The notes beneath the pieces are model-generated. The model was not told the origin of the DNA. It was given only the letters and a program-made list of their open reading frames with translations, and searched no databases. The position numbers and the translations under genes were made by a program. A stretch of DNA of 58,051 nt from Candidatus Limnocylindria bacterium (lineage in GTDB: Bacteria > Chloroflexota > Limnocylindria > P2-11E). Shown here one piece after another: positions 10,756-18,484 of this stretch; the stretch's first letter is position 1, and the number at the start of each line of letters is the position of its first letter. The stretch lies in the NCBI GenBank assembly GCA_035937095.1, contig DASYVN010000183.1, positions 1-58,051 on the forward strand, read 5' to 3'.

Positions 10756-12045
10756 CTAGCGGGCGCCGAACAGCCTCAGGCCCTGCTTGGGTGCCGCCTT
10801 TTGCGGTGTCGCCGCCGCTGTGCCGGGCGCCTCGCCGGCCCCAGACAGCTTGTCGGCAAGGGCGAAGACGTCTTTGGCGACCTGGCTTTCGCGGTGGCTG
10901 ATGACGAACGGCACGCCCCGGTTCACCGCGAGGACGAGGGCGCGGCCGTCTGAGACGATCGTGTGGGGGATCTTCCGGGCCAGGCTCGCCTCGACGTCGG
11001 AGGCCTTGATGCCGCCGGAGCTGTCGTTGCGGTTCGCGACGAGCTGCACCTTCTGATCGTCGTAGCCGAGCTTCTCGGCGATCTCCATGAAAACGCGTAC
11101 GTTCTTGAGGCTCGTGATCTCGAGCGTCATGAGCGTGAGGATCACGTCGGCGACGTCGAGCATCGTGAGCACCTGCTCCTGGAACGAAGGCCAGGTGTCG
11201 ACCACGACGTACGCGTAGGACTCGCGGAGCGTCTCGAGGATCTTCTTGATGTTCGCGCCGGTGATGAGCTCGGCGGCCTCGGGCGTCGGCGGCGCGAGCA
11301 GGACCTTGATCCCGGTGGAGTGCGACACGAGGACGGTCTCGAGGACCTCGGCGTCGACCTGGTCGAATGCGCCGACCAGGTCCGCGATGGTCTTCGCCTT
11401 CGGGCTCATGTTCAGGATGACCGCGATGTCCCCGAACGGGAGGCTGCCGTCGACGAGGCACACCGCCTTGCCGGTCGACTGATGCAGCGCGACGGCGAGG
11501 TTCGTCGCGATCGTCGTCCGACCCACGCCGCCCTTCGGTGAGAAGAACGTGATGATCTTCCCCCGCTCGGGCTCGAGCACCTGCCGGAGGCTCTGCCCCT
11601 GGGCGCCGCCGCCGCCGCCCGTGGGCTGCGGCACCGGCGCGGCCTGCTGGTAGCGGGCGCGCTTCACCTTCTCGATCTCGTGCACGTGGCGGATCGCGTT
11701 CACGAGCTCGTCGGCGGAGAACGGTTTCACGAGGAACTCGCGCGCGCCGGCGAGCATCGAGCGGCGCAGGTAGTCCTGCTCGCCCTGGACGCTCATCATG
11801 ATGATCGGCGATTCGGGGACCGTGTTCGCGATGATCTCGGTCGCCGTGATGCCGTCCATGTCCGGCATGTTGATGTCCATGAGGATCACGTCGGGCTTGT
11901 CGCGCTTCGCGAATTCGACGGCCTGCTGACCGCCGTCCGCCGAGCCGACGATGGTCATGTCGGACTCGAACCCGATCAGCTTGGCCAGGTTCTCCCGCGT
12001 TTCCACGATGTCGTCGACGACGAGGATGCGGATCTTTTCAGCCAT
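10756..12045 (-). CDS. tadZ: Pilus assembly ATPase CpaE/TadZ: receiver (REC) domain fused to a ParA/MinD-type ATPase
   Basis: 429 aa. The REC domain has DD (VVDDIVE), D in VILMDINMPDMDG, S in MMSVQG and K in LVKPF. The C-terminal part has the deviant Walker A SPKGGVGRTT. Confidence 0.88.
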   Translation of the reverse strand: MAEKIRILVVDDIVETRENLAKLIGFESDMTIVGSADGGQQAVEFAKRDKPDVILMDINMPDMDGITATEIIANTVPESPIIMMSVQGEQDYLRRSMLAGAREFLVKPFSADELVNAIRHVHEIEKVKRARYQQAAPVPQPTGGGGGAQGQSLRQVLEPERGKIITFFSPKGGVGRTTIATNLAVALHQSTGKAVCLVDGSLPFGDIAVILNMSPKAKTIADLVGAFDQVDAEVLETVLVSHSTGIKVLLAPPTPEAAELITGANIKKILETLRESYAYVVVDTWPSFQEQVLTMLDVADVILTLMTLEITSLKNVRVFMEIAEKLGYDDQKVQLVANRNDSSGGIKASDVEASLARKIPHTIVSDGRALVLAVNRGVPFVISHRESQVAKDVFALADKLSGAGEAPGTAAATPQKAAPKQGLRLFGAR

Positions 12046-12054
12046 GGACGGGAC

Positions 12055-12573
12055 TCATGATATGCGGCTCATCTCGAGCGCCAGCGCCGCGAGCGCGCCC
12101 AGTCCGAGCGCGACTCCGTACGGGATCCACGAGTGGAGGACCGTGCCCATCGTCTCGCCGCTGCCGGCGCGCCGCGCCGCGGTCCGGCGCGCGACGATGA
12201 ACCCGACCGCGATGAGGCCGCCAATGAGGGCCCCGTACACCGCCCCGACGAAGAGGAAGGTCGTCCCCTTGACCGCACCGACGGCCATGAGGAACTTGCC
12301 GTCGCCGGCCTTCAGGCCGCCGGCTGCGTAGAACGGGTACGCGATCAGGAAGCCGATGACCAGCCCGGCGACGTGATCGAGCAGGCCGCCGGAGAAGATG
12401 CCGCCGGGGAAGCCTGCCGGCCCGCTGCTCTCGAGCGCGCCGAGGATGAGCCCGACGACCATGGTCGGATACGTAACGAGGTTCGGGATGCGGTGCGAGC
12501 GCCAGTCCGTGACGATGATCGTCAGGACGAAGGCAACGAGGATGATGTCCTGGACCGCCAGTAGTGCTTGGAT
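12055..12573 (-). CDS. tadV: A24-family prepilin peptidase (CpaA/TadV); start codon apparently non-canonical
   Basis: The track ORF starts at the ATG at 12462. The conserved N-terminal helix and first catalytic Asp (ILVAFVLTIIVTDWRSHRIPNLVTYP) lie in frame upstream of it, with no ATG/GTG/TTG. The ATC at 12573 is preceded by GGAGGG with a 7-nt spacer. Confidence 0.75.
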   Translation of the reverse strand: MQALLAVQDIILVAFVLTIIVTDWRSHRIPNLVTYPTMVVGLILGALESSGPAGFPGGIFSGGLLDHVAGLVIGFLIAYPFYAAGGLKAGDGKFLMAVGAVKGTTFLFVGAVYGALIGGLIAVGFIVARRTAARRAGSGETMGTVLHSWIPYGVALGLGALAALALEMSRIS

Positions 12574-12653
12574 CCCACGCCCCTCCGCGGACGAAAGGGC
12601 GGCGGTCGCCGTCTCGGCGAGCGCCGCCCTTTCCTCGTATTCGACGGCTGCGA

Positions 12654-12812
12654 CTAGGTGAGGTTGTTGCCGATGTTGCTGAAGATGTTCTGGATCTGGC
12701 CACGCAGGAAGACCATGGCAACGATCACGGCGATGGCGATGACAGCGATGATGAGTGCGTACTCGACCAAGCCCTGGCCGTCGTCGTCGCGGAAGAAGCT
12801 TTGGATATTCAC
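12654..12812 (-). CDS. flp: Flp-family type IVb pilin precursor
   Basis: The Flp processing motif G/QGLVEY (G-XXXX-EY) is followed by a hydrophobic helix, ALIIAVIAIAVIVAMVF. The GTG at 12812 is preceded by AAGGGGGG with a 5-nt spacer, giving a 52-aa precursor. The track ORF extends 42 nt further. Confidence 0.88.
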   Translation of the reverse strand: MNIQSFFRDDDGQGLVEYALIIAVIAIAVIVAMVFLRGQIQNIFSNIGNNLT

Positions 12813-12934
12813 GGGGACCCCCCTTTCTCTAGACGAAGCCTCATCTTGCATCAAACCGGCGGCAAGTAGGAAAGCGGTACTAACCCGTTCGGCGGAGGCT
12901 CCCTACACTCCGCCGGGGGAAGGAGGTGCCAAAA

Positions 12935-13348
12935 ATGGCCGTAGTTACGAGTTCCGCGACCACCGAGAAGATCGGGTTCCTCATCCGGACCGTCGCCCTG
13001 ATCATCGATTTCATCATCCTGGGCATCGTCGGAAGCATCCTGAACGCCATCCTGTTCGGGGGCGACGCGGTGCGCGGGAACGGGCTGTCGACGCTCATCG
13101 GGCTGGCGTACTACCTGTACTTCTGGTCCTCGTACGGGCACGGGCAGACGATCGGGAACCGCGCGCTCAGCATCCGGGTCGTGAAGACCACCGGCAGTGA
13201 GCTCACGCTCGTTGACGCGTTCATCCGCTACGTCGGACTCATCCTGAGCTTCCTCTGTCTCTTCATCGGCGTGATCTGGGTCGCGTTCGACGCGAACAAA
13301 CAGGGCTGGCACGACAAGATCGCGAGCACCTACGTCGTAAAAGCCTAG
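12935..13348 (+). CDS. RDD-family membrane protein
   Basis: It has the RDD-domain layout (R...IDFIILGIV ... GQTIGNRALSIRVV ... GWHDKIASTYVV). The ATG at 12935 is preceded by GGAAGGAGG. Confidence 0.8.
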   Translation: MAVVTSSATTEKIGFLIRTVALIIDFIILGIVGSILNAILFGGDAVRGNGLSTLIGLAYYLYFWSSYGHGQTIGNRALSIRVVKTTGSELTLVDAFIRYVGLILSFLCLFIGVIWVAFDANKQGWHDKIASTYVVKA

Positions 13349-13362
13349 CGGCCACCCCCGGC

Positions 13363-13379
13363 CCCGTGCTAGGCACGGG
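13363..13379. terminator. Hairpin CCCGTGC-TAG-GCACGGG between convergent genes
   Basis: A perfect 7-bp GC-rich stem lies 15 nt after the RDD stop. There is no T-tract. Confidence 0.4.
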
Positions 13380-13393
13380 ACCGGTCGAACGGC

Positions 13394-13422
13394 GCGGGTG
13401 AGCACGTCGGGTGCTCGCCCGC
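13394..13422. terminator. 12-bp stem hairpin (GCGGGTGAGCAC-GTCGG-GTGCTCGCCCGC) between convergent genes
   Basis: Read directly from the sequence: one G-U pair and 11 Watson-Crick pairs. It lies between the RDD 3' end and the PPOX 3' end and is probably a bidirectional terminator. Confidence 0.5.
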
Positions 13423-13449
13423 ACCGCGTTGCGATTGAAGGAGGCCGCG

Positions 13450-13983
13450 CTAGCCCGGAAACGCCTCCGGCGTGCGCGAGTACGTGAAGAAGCGGTCCGC
13501 GTCCAAGCGCACGTACACGCCGTGCTCGCTCCAGTCGAACGCGCTCCCGCCGTAGTGCTCGCGGAAGATCGCATCGATCTCCGCGACGTCGGGATGGCCC
13601 TGGTACATGAGCTCGGCGTGGCCGTGCGCGGTGACGGCGAATTTCTCGCCCTCGAAATACACGACGCTCGCCCGGGGCCGCTTCCGCAGGCCCTTGATGC
13701 GGACCGCGTCGCCGCCCGACGAGAAGAAGAACCTCCCGTGCAGGAACCAGCCATCCATCGGGCCGACGAGCGGATCGCCGTTCGGCGCGGGCGCGGCGAC
13801 GGCGATGATCTTCATGCCGTCGAGCAGCCTCACGACCTGCGTCGCGGTGAGCGAGTACGTGCCAGGATGGATGATCCCGGCCATGTGCGGCTTCGCCTTC
13901 GCGTGACTCCGATCGATGAGCGCCTGGAGCTGGCCCAGCTCCGCCGCAGTCTCGCGCACCGTGGCATTCTGCCTTGACCGCAC
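13450..13983 (-). CDS. Pyridoxamine 5'-phosphate oxidase-like FMN/F420-binding split-barrel protein
   Basis: 177 aa with a pattern typical of the PPOX class (ATQVVRLLDGMKIIAVAAPAPNGDPLVGPMDGWFLHGRFFFSS...). The assignment is by resemblance only. Confidence 0.65.
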   Translation of the reverse strand: MRSRQNATVRETAAELGQLQALIDRSHAKAKPHMAGIIHPGTYSLTATQVVRLLDGMKIIAVAAPAPNGDPLVGPMDGWFLHGRFFFSSGGDAVRIKGLRKRPRASVVYFEGEKFAVTAHGHAELMYQGHPDVAEIDAIFREHYGGSAFDWSEHGVYVRLDADRFFTYSRTPEAFPG

Positions 13984-13986
13984 CGT

Positions 13987-14262
13987 TCAACGCGCTAGCG
14001 AAAGCAGTGGCGGGCCGAGGAAGACCACGAGCAGCGACGGTAGGACGCAGAACGTCGATACCAGGACGATCACCGTCCTGTCGCTGGCTCTTGCGGGTGC
14101 CACCTCGGAGGTATCGGTCGGGCGGAGGATGATCCGGGTCGGACGGTCCGGCGGCGCAGAGCGCGTCGGACCATCGTCCCCGGTGGCGGCGAGCGCTCCC
14201 GGTCCGACAGCCAAAAAGGCAGAGGCCGTAGCCACGCTGACGAGGTGGGCCACGCGTCGCAC
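13987..14262 (-). CDS. Hypothetical secreted or anchored 91-aa protein
   Basis: It has an N-terminal signal-like segment (VATASAFLAVGPGALAATG) and a C-terminal hydrophobic helix (VIVLVSTFCVLPSLLVVFLGPPLL). Third positions are GC-rich. I recognise no family. Confidence 0.4.
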   Translation of the reverse strand: MRRVAHLVSVATASAFLAVGPGALAATGDDGPTRSAPPDRPTRIILRPTDTSEVAPARASDRTVIVLVSTFCVLPSLLVVFLGPPLLSLAR

Positions 14263-14328
14263 GTCGCGATGACACGACAGCGGCAGTGGCCCGCGCAGCA
14301 GGACCTGTGAGCGGTACGCGAGTACCGA

Positions 14329-15057
14329 TCAGGTGCGGGTCTTCGCGACCTCGGCGGCCTGGGCTTGGGCGGCGTACTCCTCGGCGTCGTCGAGCGGCGC
14401 GAGGTCGACGGCGCCATGCCGGCGGGCAAGACCCCAGGTGATCAGCTGATCCGCGAGCCACGGGTTCTTCGGCAACGCCGACCCGTGGAGGTAGCAGCCG
14501 ATGAGTTTGCCCTGCACCGCGCCCTCGGTCTGGTCCTGCTCGTTGTTCCCGTGCCCGGCGATGACGCGCCCGAGCGGCTTCGCTTTCGGACCGAGGTACG
14601 TGTACCCGGAGTGGTTCTCGAAGCCGATGAGCGTCTTCCCGTCGTCCGTCTCGGCGAGGAGGTTCCCGACGAAGCGCACCTTGCCGGCGCGCGTCGTCAC
14701 GTCGAGGACCCCAAGTCCGGGGATCGGATCCCCGACCGCGGGCACGTACTCGTGCCCCAGGAGCTGGTAGCCGCCGCAGACGGAGAAGACCGCGGCGCCG
14801 CCCGCGATGGAACGCTTCAGTGCGTCACCGTTCGGACCGGCGAGATCGGCGCCCACGATGTCCTGCCCCTGGTCCTGGCCGCCGCCGAAGAAATACACGT
14901 CGGCCCAGTCCGGATCCCAGGTCTCGCCCGCCGTGAACGAACGCGTCTCGACGTCAATGTCCCGCCACTGCGCGCGCTGCGTGAGCGCGAGCACGTTGCC
15001 GCGATCGCCGTAGATCGACATGAGATCCGGGTACAGGTAGCCGATGCGCAGATCCAC
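14329..15057 (-). CDS. gatD: Lipid II isoglutaminyl synthase, glutaminase subunit GatD (CobQ-type GATase)
   Basis: It aligns by eye with S. aureus GatD (YPDLMSIYGDRGNVLALTQRA; catalytic VCGGYQLLG; GFENHSG). The GTG at 15057 overlaps the upstream TAG (TAGTG). The track ORF extends 186 nt further into the GNAT gene. Confidence 0.88.
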   Translation of the reverse strand: MDLRIGYLYPDLMSIYGDRGNVLALTQRAQWRDIDVETRSFTAGETWDPDWADVYFFGGGQDQGQDIVGADLAGPNGDALKRSIAGGAAVFSVCGGYQLLGHEYVPAVGDPIPGLGVLDVTTRAGKVRFVGNLLAETDDGKTLIGFENHSGYTYLGPKAKPLGRVIAGHGNNEQDQTEGAVQGKLIGCYLHGSALPKNPWLADQLITWGLARRHGAVDLAPLDDAEEYAAQAQAAEVAKTRT

Positions 15058-16085
15058 TACGCGGGCGCCTGCATCAGCGTCGCGGCCTCGGCTTGCCAGA
15101 TGGTCGTGGCCCAGGCCGGCTGGAAGCCGAGCTCGGCGTTGATCCGGAGCATCGCCTCGTTCACCTTCGCGTTGCCGGTGCGGATGAAGCGCGCCTCCGG
15201 CCGCTCGCGGACGAGCCGCTCGAGCATCGCCGCCTTCAGCCACATCCCGAGGGCGTGGCCGCGATGGGCCGGCGTCACCGCGGTCCCCTGCTGCTGCACG
15301 ATCTCCGGGACCTGCGAGGTGCGATTGATCTCGGTGAACCCGACGCCCGCGCCGGTCGCGTCATGGATCGCGATGGCGGTCCAGACCTCGAAGCCCATCT
15401 TCACGAAGAACGCGTAGCGGTCGCGCGTCCGCGGAACGTCCCAATGCTCGTCATCGAACGCGATCTCGCCCTTGGGCATGTCGTTGATCGCCTCGTAGGC
15501 CTGCGCGACCTGCGCGATGGTCGCGTCGTCCGCGTTCGCCCAGTCGACCCAGGCGATGTGGTAACCCGCGGCCTTCGCGCGCGACCCTTCGATCGAGCGC
15601 TGGATCAGCTCGGGCTTCAGGGCGCGAACATCGAGCTGGTTGGTGTGCATCTCGAGCCCGGGGCTCGCGCCCACTGCCCGGGCGAACGCGGCGCCCGAGG
15701 GGACGCGGTCGCAGGTCTGGCCCGCGACCATCGTTCGTCCGTCGGACGACGCTCGCTCGGCGAGGTGCCGGAGCAGCGTGCGCCCGATCCCGCGACGCCG
15801 CGCCTCGGGTGCGACGAGCACACCACCGAATCCGAGGTGCCGGTTGTCCCGATCGGACACCTGCAGGTACGCGCCGCCGACGAGCGTGCGGTTGTCGCGG
15901 GCGCTCCAGAAGAAGAGCCGGCCGTCCGGTGGCGCCGCCGTGATCTGGCGCGCATACACCTCGTCGGGCGTGACCGGGTCCTCGGGGACGCGCTCCTGAT
16001 CGAGGCGTCGCATGAGCCGGACGGCGTCCGAGAGGTCGGCCGACGAGAGCGCGGCGAGCCGCAGCTCCGCGATGGTCATCGTCAT
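15057..16085 (-). CDS. Tandem-GNAT N-acetyltransferase (two acetyl-CoA-binding motifs)
   Basis: 342 aa from [10 protein letters not shown]. The two motifs are [18 protein letters not shown] and [17 protein letters not shown]. The ATG at 16085 shares its A with the murT TGA. Confidence 0.8.
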   Translation of the reverse strand: MTMTIAELRLAALSSADLSDAVRLMRRLDQERVPEDPVTPDEVYARQITAAPPDGRLFFWSARDNRTLVGGAYLQVSDRDNRHLGFGGVLVAPEARRRGIGRTLLRHLAERASSDGRTMVAGQTCDRVPSGAAFARAVGASPGLEMHTNQLDVRALKPELIQRSIEGSRAKAAGYHIAWVDWANADDATIAQVAQAYEAINDMPKGEIAFDDEHWDVPRTRDRYAFFVKMGFEVWTAIAIHDATGAGVGFTEINRTSQVPEIVQQQGTAVTPAHRGHALGMWLKAAMLERLVRERPEARFIRTGNAKVNEAMLRINAELGFQPAWATTIWQAEAATLMQAPA

Positions 16086-17482
16086 CAGTCCTCCCAGAAC
16101 TGTCCCACGAAACCGAGGCGCGCGAGCGCATCGCGCAGCGAAAGCATCGCGGTATACGTTGCGAGGACCACGAGCTCCTCGCCTAGGGGCGTTCCCTCGA
16201 TGGCCGCACGAAGGGCCGGCACCCAGCCCTCCACCACCGCCAGGCGGTCGCGCGGGACGCCCGCATACTTGAATCGCAGCGCGAGATCGCGAGCTCGCAG
16301 GCCGGTCACGGTCGCGTGCGCGATCCGCGGTGCGAGCGCCTCGAAGTCCGCGTCCCAGATCCATGAGACGTCGCGCGAGTCCGCGTCACGATCGTTCAGC
16401 GCGCCGAGGATGCGGGGGTGCCGGTCGGTCTCGAGCAGTGCGCTGATCGCCGCGTTGAACCCGGCCGGGTTCTTCACCAGCACGAGCCGCAGGCGCCGGC
16501 CGTCGGCCTCGACGATCTCGAGCCGCCCGAAGACGGGCTTGAACCCGGCGAGCGCGCGCGTCGCCGTCGTGACCGCGATCCCGAACGCCCGGGCTGCCGC
16601 GATGGCCGCGAGCGCGTTGTACGCGTTGTACAGACCCGGCAACGGCACGACGACGTCGTCCATCGCGGAGGCGACCGGACCCCCGAGGCGAAGTCGGGTG
16701 TCGTTCGGACCGAGCTGCACGCTCGCGGCGCCGACGTCGGGCCGCGGCCGCTCGAGGCCGCAGTGCTCGCAGTGCCAGTCACCGACGTGCGCGAGGATCA
16801 CGCGGCTGTAGCTGAGGGGTCGCTTGCACCGCGGGCAGCGGGTCGCGTCGCTGATCGCCTGTGGCACGGTGCCTCCGACCGACCGATCGTTGACGCCGAA
16901 CGTGAGGACCGGGCCGCGATGGTCGGTCCCCAGGTACGAGACGATCGGGTCGTCGGCGTTGAGGACGAGCGTGGTCGTGTCGGGGAGTCGGCCGATGGCG
17001 TCGCCGATGCGGCGCGCGAGCGCGTCGATCTCGAAATAGCGGTCGAGCTGGTCTCGAAACAGGTTCGTGATCACGAGGACGCCGGGGGTCAGCCGAGCGA
17101 GCACGCGCGGGACGGACGCCTCATCGATCTCGAACACGCCGACATCGCCGCGAAGCTCGCCGCCCCACGTCGCGTCGGCCAGGAGTGCCGCGGCGATGCC
17201 GCGATCGAGGTTCGAGCCAGATCGGTTGTGCACCGGCTGCCAGCCAGCGGTCCGCAGGATGTCCGAGAGCATCCGCGTGGTGGTGGTCTTCCCGTTCGTG
17301 CCCGATACACAGACCGTGCCGTGGCTCAGCGTGGCGCTCAGTCGCGCGATCGCGTCGGGATCCATCGCGAGCGTCACGAGCCCCGGCAGCGCGGTGGCCC
17401 CACGACCGAGGAGCTGGAGACCGATGCGCGTCACCTTGCCAGCGGCGATCGCGGTCATGAGGAGTGGATCGCGTGAGGTCAC
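16085..17482 (-). CDS. murT: Lipid II isoglutaminyl synthase, Mur-ligase-like subunit MurT
   Basis: 465 aa with [11 protein letters not shown] (P-loop), the Cys4 ribbon CPRCKRPL...[15 protein letters not shown] and the DUF1727-type C-terminus SWIWDADFE. It is collinear with S. aureus MurT. Confidence 0.92.
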   Translation of the reverse strand: MTSRDPLLMTAIAAGKVTRIGLQLLGRGATALPGLVTLAMDPDAIARLSATLSHGTVCVSGTNGKTTTTRMLSDILRTAGWQPVHNRSGSNLDRGIAAALLADATWGGELRGDVGVFEIDEASVPRVLARLTPGVLVITNLFRDQLDRYFEIDALARRIGDAIGRLPDTTTLVLNADDPIVSYLGTDHRGPVLTFGVNDRSVGGTVPQAISDATRCPRCKRPLSYSRVILAHVGDWHCEHCGLERPRPDVGAASVQLGPNDTRLRLGGPVASAMDDVVVPLPGLYNAYNALAAIAAARAFGIAVTTATRALAGFKPVFGRLEIVEADGRRLRLVLVKNPAGFNAAISALLETDRHPRILGALNDRDADSRDVSWIWDADFEALAPRIAHATVTGLRARDLALRFKYAGVPRDRLAVVEGWVPALRAAIEGTPLGEELVVLATYTAMLSLRDALARLGFVGQFWED

Positions 17483-17492
17483 GCGGAGAACG

Positions 17493-18080
17493 TTAGGCGC
17501 CGGCCGGCTGGACCTCGCGGAGCAGGAGCTCGAGCTCGTCGACCGCGCGACCGAGCCGGAGCGCGAGCGCCTTTGCGATGTCGCCGTTCGCGCTCGCGTT
17601 CTGCAACGTGCCTTCGGCCTCGAGCCGCGCGAGGAGCGCGACCGCGCGGCGGAGTCGGGCGATGGTGAGCGATGCGGGGAGCGTGCGCCGGAGCTGGGAC
17701 ACGCGCTCTTCCAGCTTCTCGAAGCGGCGCCGAAGCTCGTCCTCGAGTTCCTCGTTCGCCAACCCTTCGAGGCGCTTCACCTCGGCCTGGAGCGCACCGA
17801 GGTCGCGGGCGACGACCTGGGCGGCCTTCTCGAGGGAGTACCCCTTCTCGAGGGCCTGCCGGATCCGGATCACCTTCTCCATGGCGAAGACGTCGTAGTC
17901 GTGGTCGTCGTTCGTCGAGGGCTTCACGAGGCCCTTCTTGGTCCAATAAATGAGCTGCCGCGGGGTCACGTTGCACACCCGGGCCGCCTCGGCTGCCGAC
18001 AGACGCAGCCGCTGGATGACCTCGCCATCGTTGGTAATGAGCACCTGCGCCAGGATCTCCTGCGCGTCGCCGTCCGCCAC
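17493..18080 (-). CDS. MerR-family transcriptional regulator with a long coiled-coil C-terminus
   Basis: It has the HTH LSAAEAARVCNVTPRQLIYWTKKGLV. The GTG at 18080 is preceded by GGGGAAGGGG. The track ORF begins 237 nt upstream in non-homologous sequence. Confidence 0.75.
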   Translation of the reverse strand: MADGDAQEILAQVLITNDGEVIQRLRLSAAEAARVCNVTPRQLIYWTKKGLVKPSTNDDHDYDVFAMEKVIRIRQALEKGYSLEKAAQVVARDLGALQAEVKRLEGLANEELEDELRRRFEKLEERVSQLRRTLPASLTIARLRRAVALLARLEAEGTLQNASANGDIAKALALRLGRAVDELELLLREVQPAGA

Positions 18081-18180
18081 GTTGCTCCCCTTCCCCTGAA
18101 CCGCCGCCCCGCGGTCGTAGGAGGCGACGAGTGTGCTTCTGGCTGCCGAGCGTGTCAAGAAGTTGGACAGGTGGCTGATA

Positions 18181-18204
18181 CCGGACCACGACGGGATGGT
18201 CCGG
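18181..18204 (-). terminator. Hairpin CCGGACCA-N8-TGGTCCGG, 2 nt after the dodecin stop
   Basis: A perfect 8-bp stem read from the sequence. There is no U-tract. Confidence 0.4.
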
Positions 18205-18205
18205 C

Positions 18206-18484
18206 CTAGGTGGCTGCCCTCTTCCGCTCCCGCTTCGGTGGCGCGATGCCCTGCCGGTAGGCGACCTTCACGTTCACGTGGTAGCTCGCGATGCCGCGCG
18301 CCGAGAGGTCGGCCCACTGGCGGGTGATCTCGACGGCGATCGGCTCGCCGACCTCGGAGCGGGCGGTCTTCACCGCCGCCTTGAGGGCCGCGTCCCAGCC
18401 GGCCTTCGCCACGCCGGTCGTCTCGTGCAGCCGGACGACGACCGACGCCGCGGGCTTAGCGGCCCTTGGGCGGGTAGCCCTCAA
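18206..18484 (-). CDS. Dodecin-family (flavin-binding) small protein
   Basis: The core VVVRLHETTGVAKAGWDAALKAAVKTARSEVGEPIAVEITRQWADLSARGIASYHVNVKVAY matches the dodecin beta-alpha-beta-beta pattern. The TTG start overlaps the activator's 3' end by 29 nt. Confidence 0.6.
   Translation of the reverse strand: MRATRPRAAKPAASVVVRLHETTGVAKAGWDAALKAAVKTARSEVGEPIAVEITRQWADLSARGIASYHVNVKVAYRQGIAPPKRERKRAAT

Noticed and set aside
12900-12934. TGGCAC (minus strand, about 115 nt upstream of flp) as a sigma-54 promoter for the pilin
   Set aside because: The -12 position reads TCCC rather than TTGC/TGC, and the site overlaps the RDD gene's SD and start.
12851-14461. 536-aa minus-strand ORF spanning the RDD, PPOX and gatD region
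   Set aside because: It is out of frame or antisense relative to three well-supported genes. Its translation is R/P/G/A-rich with no motifs.
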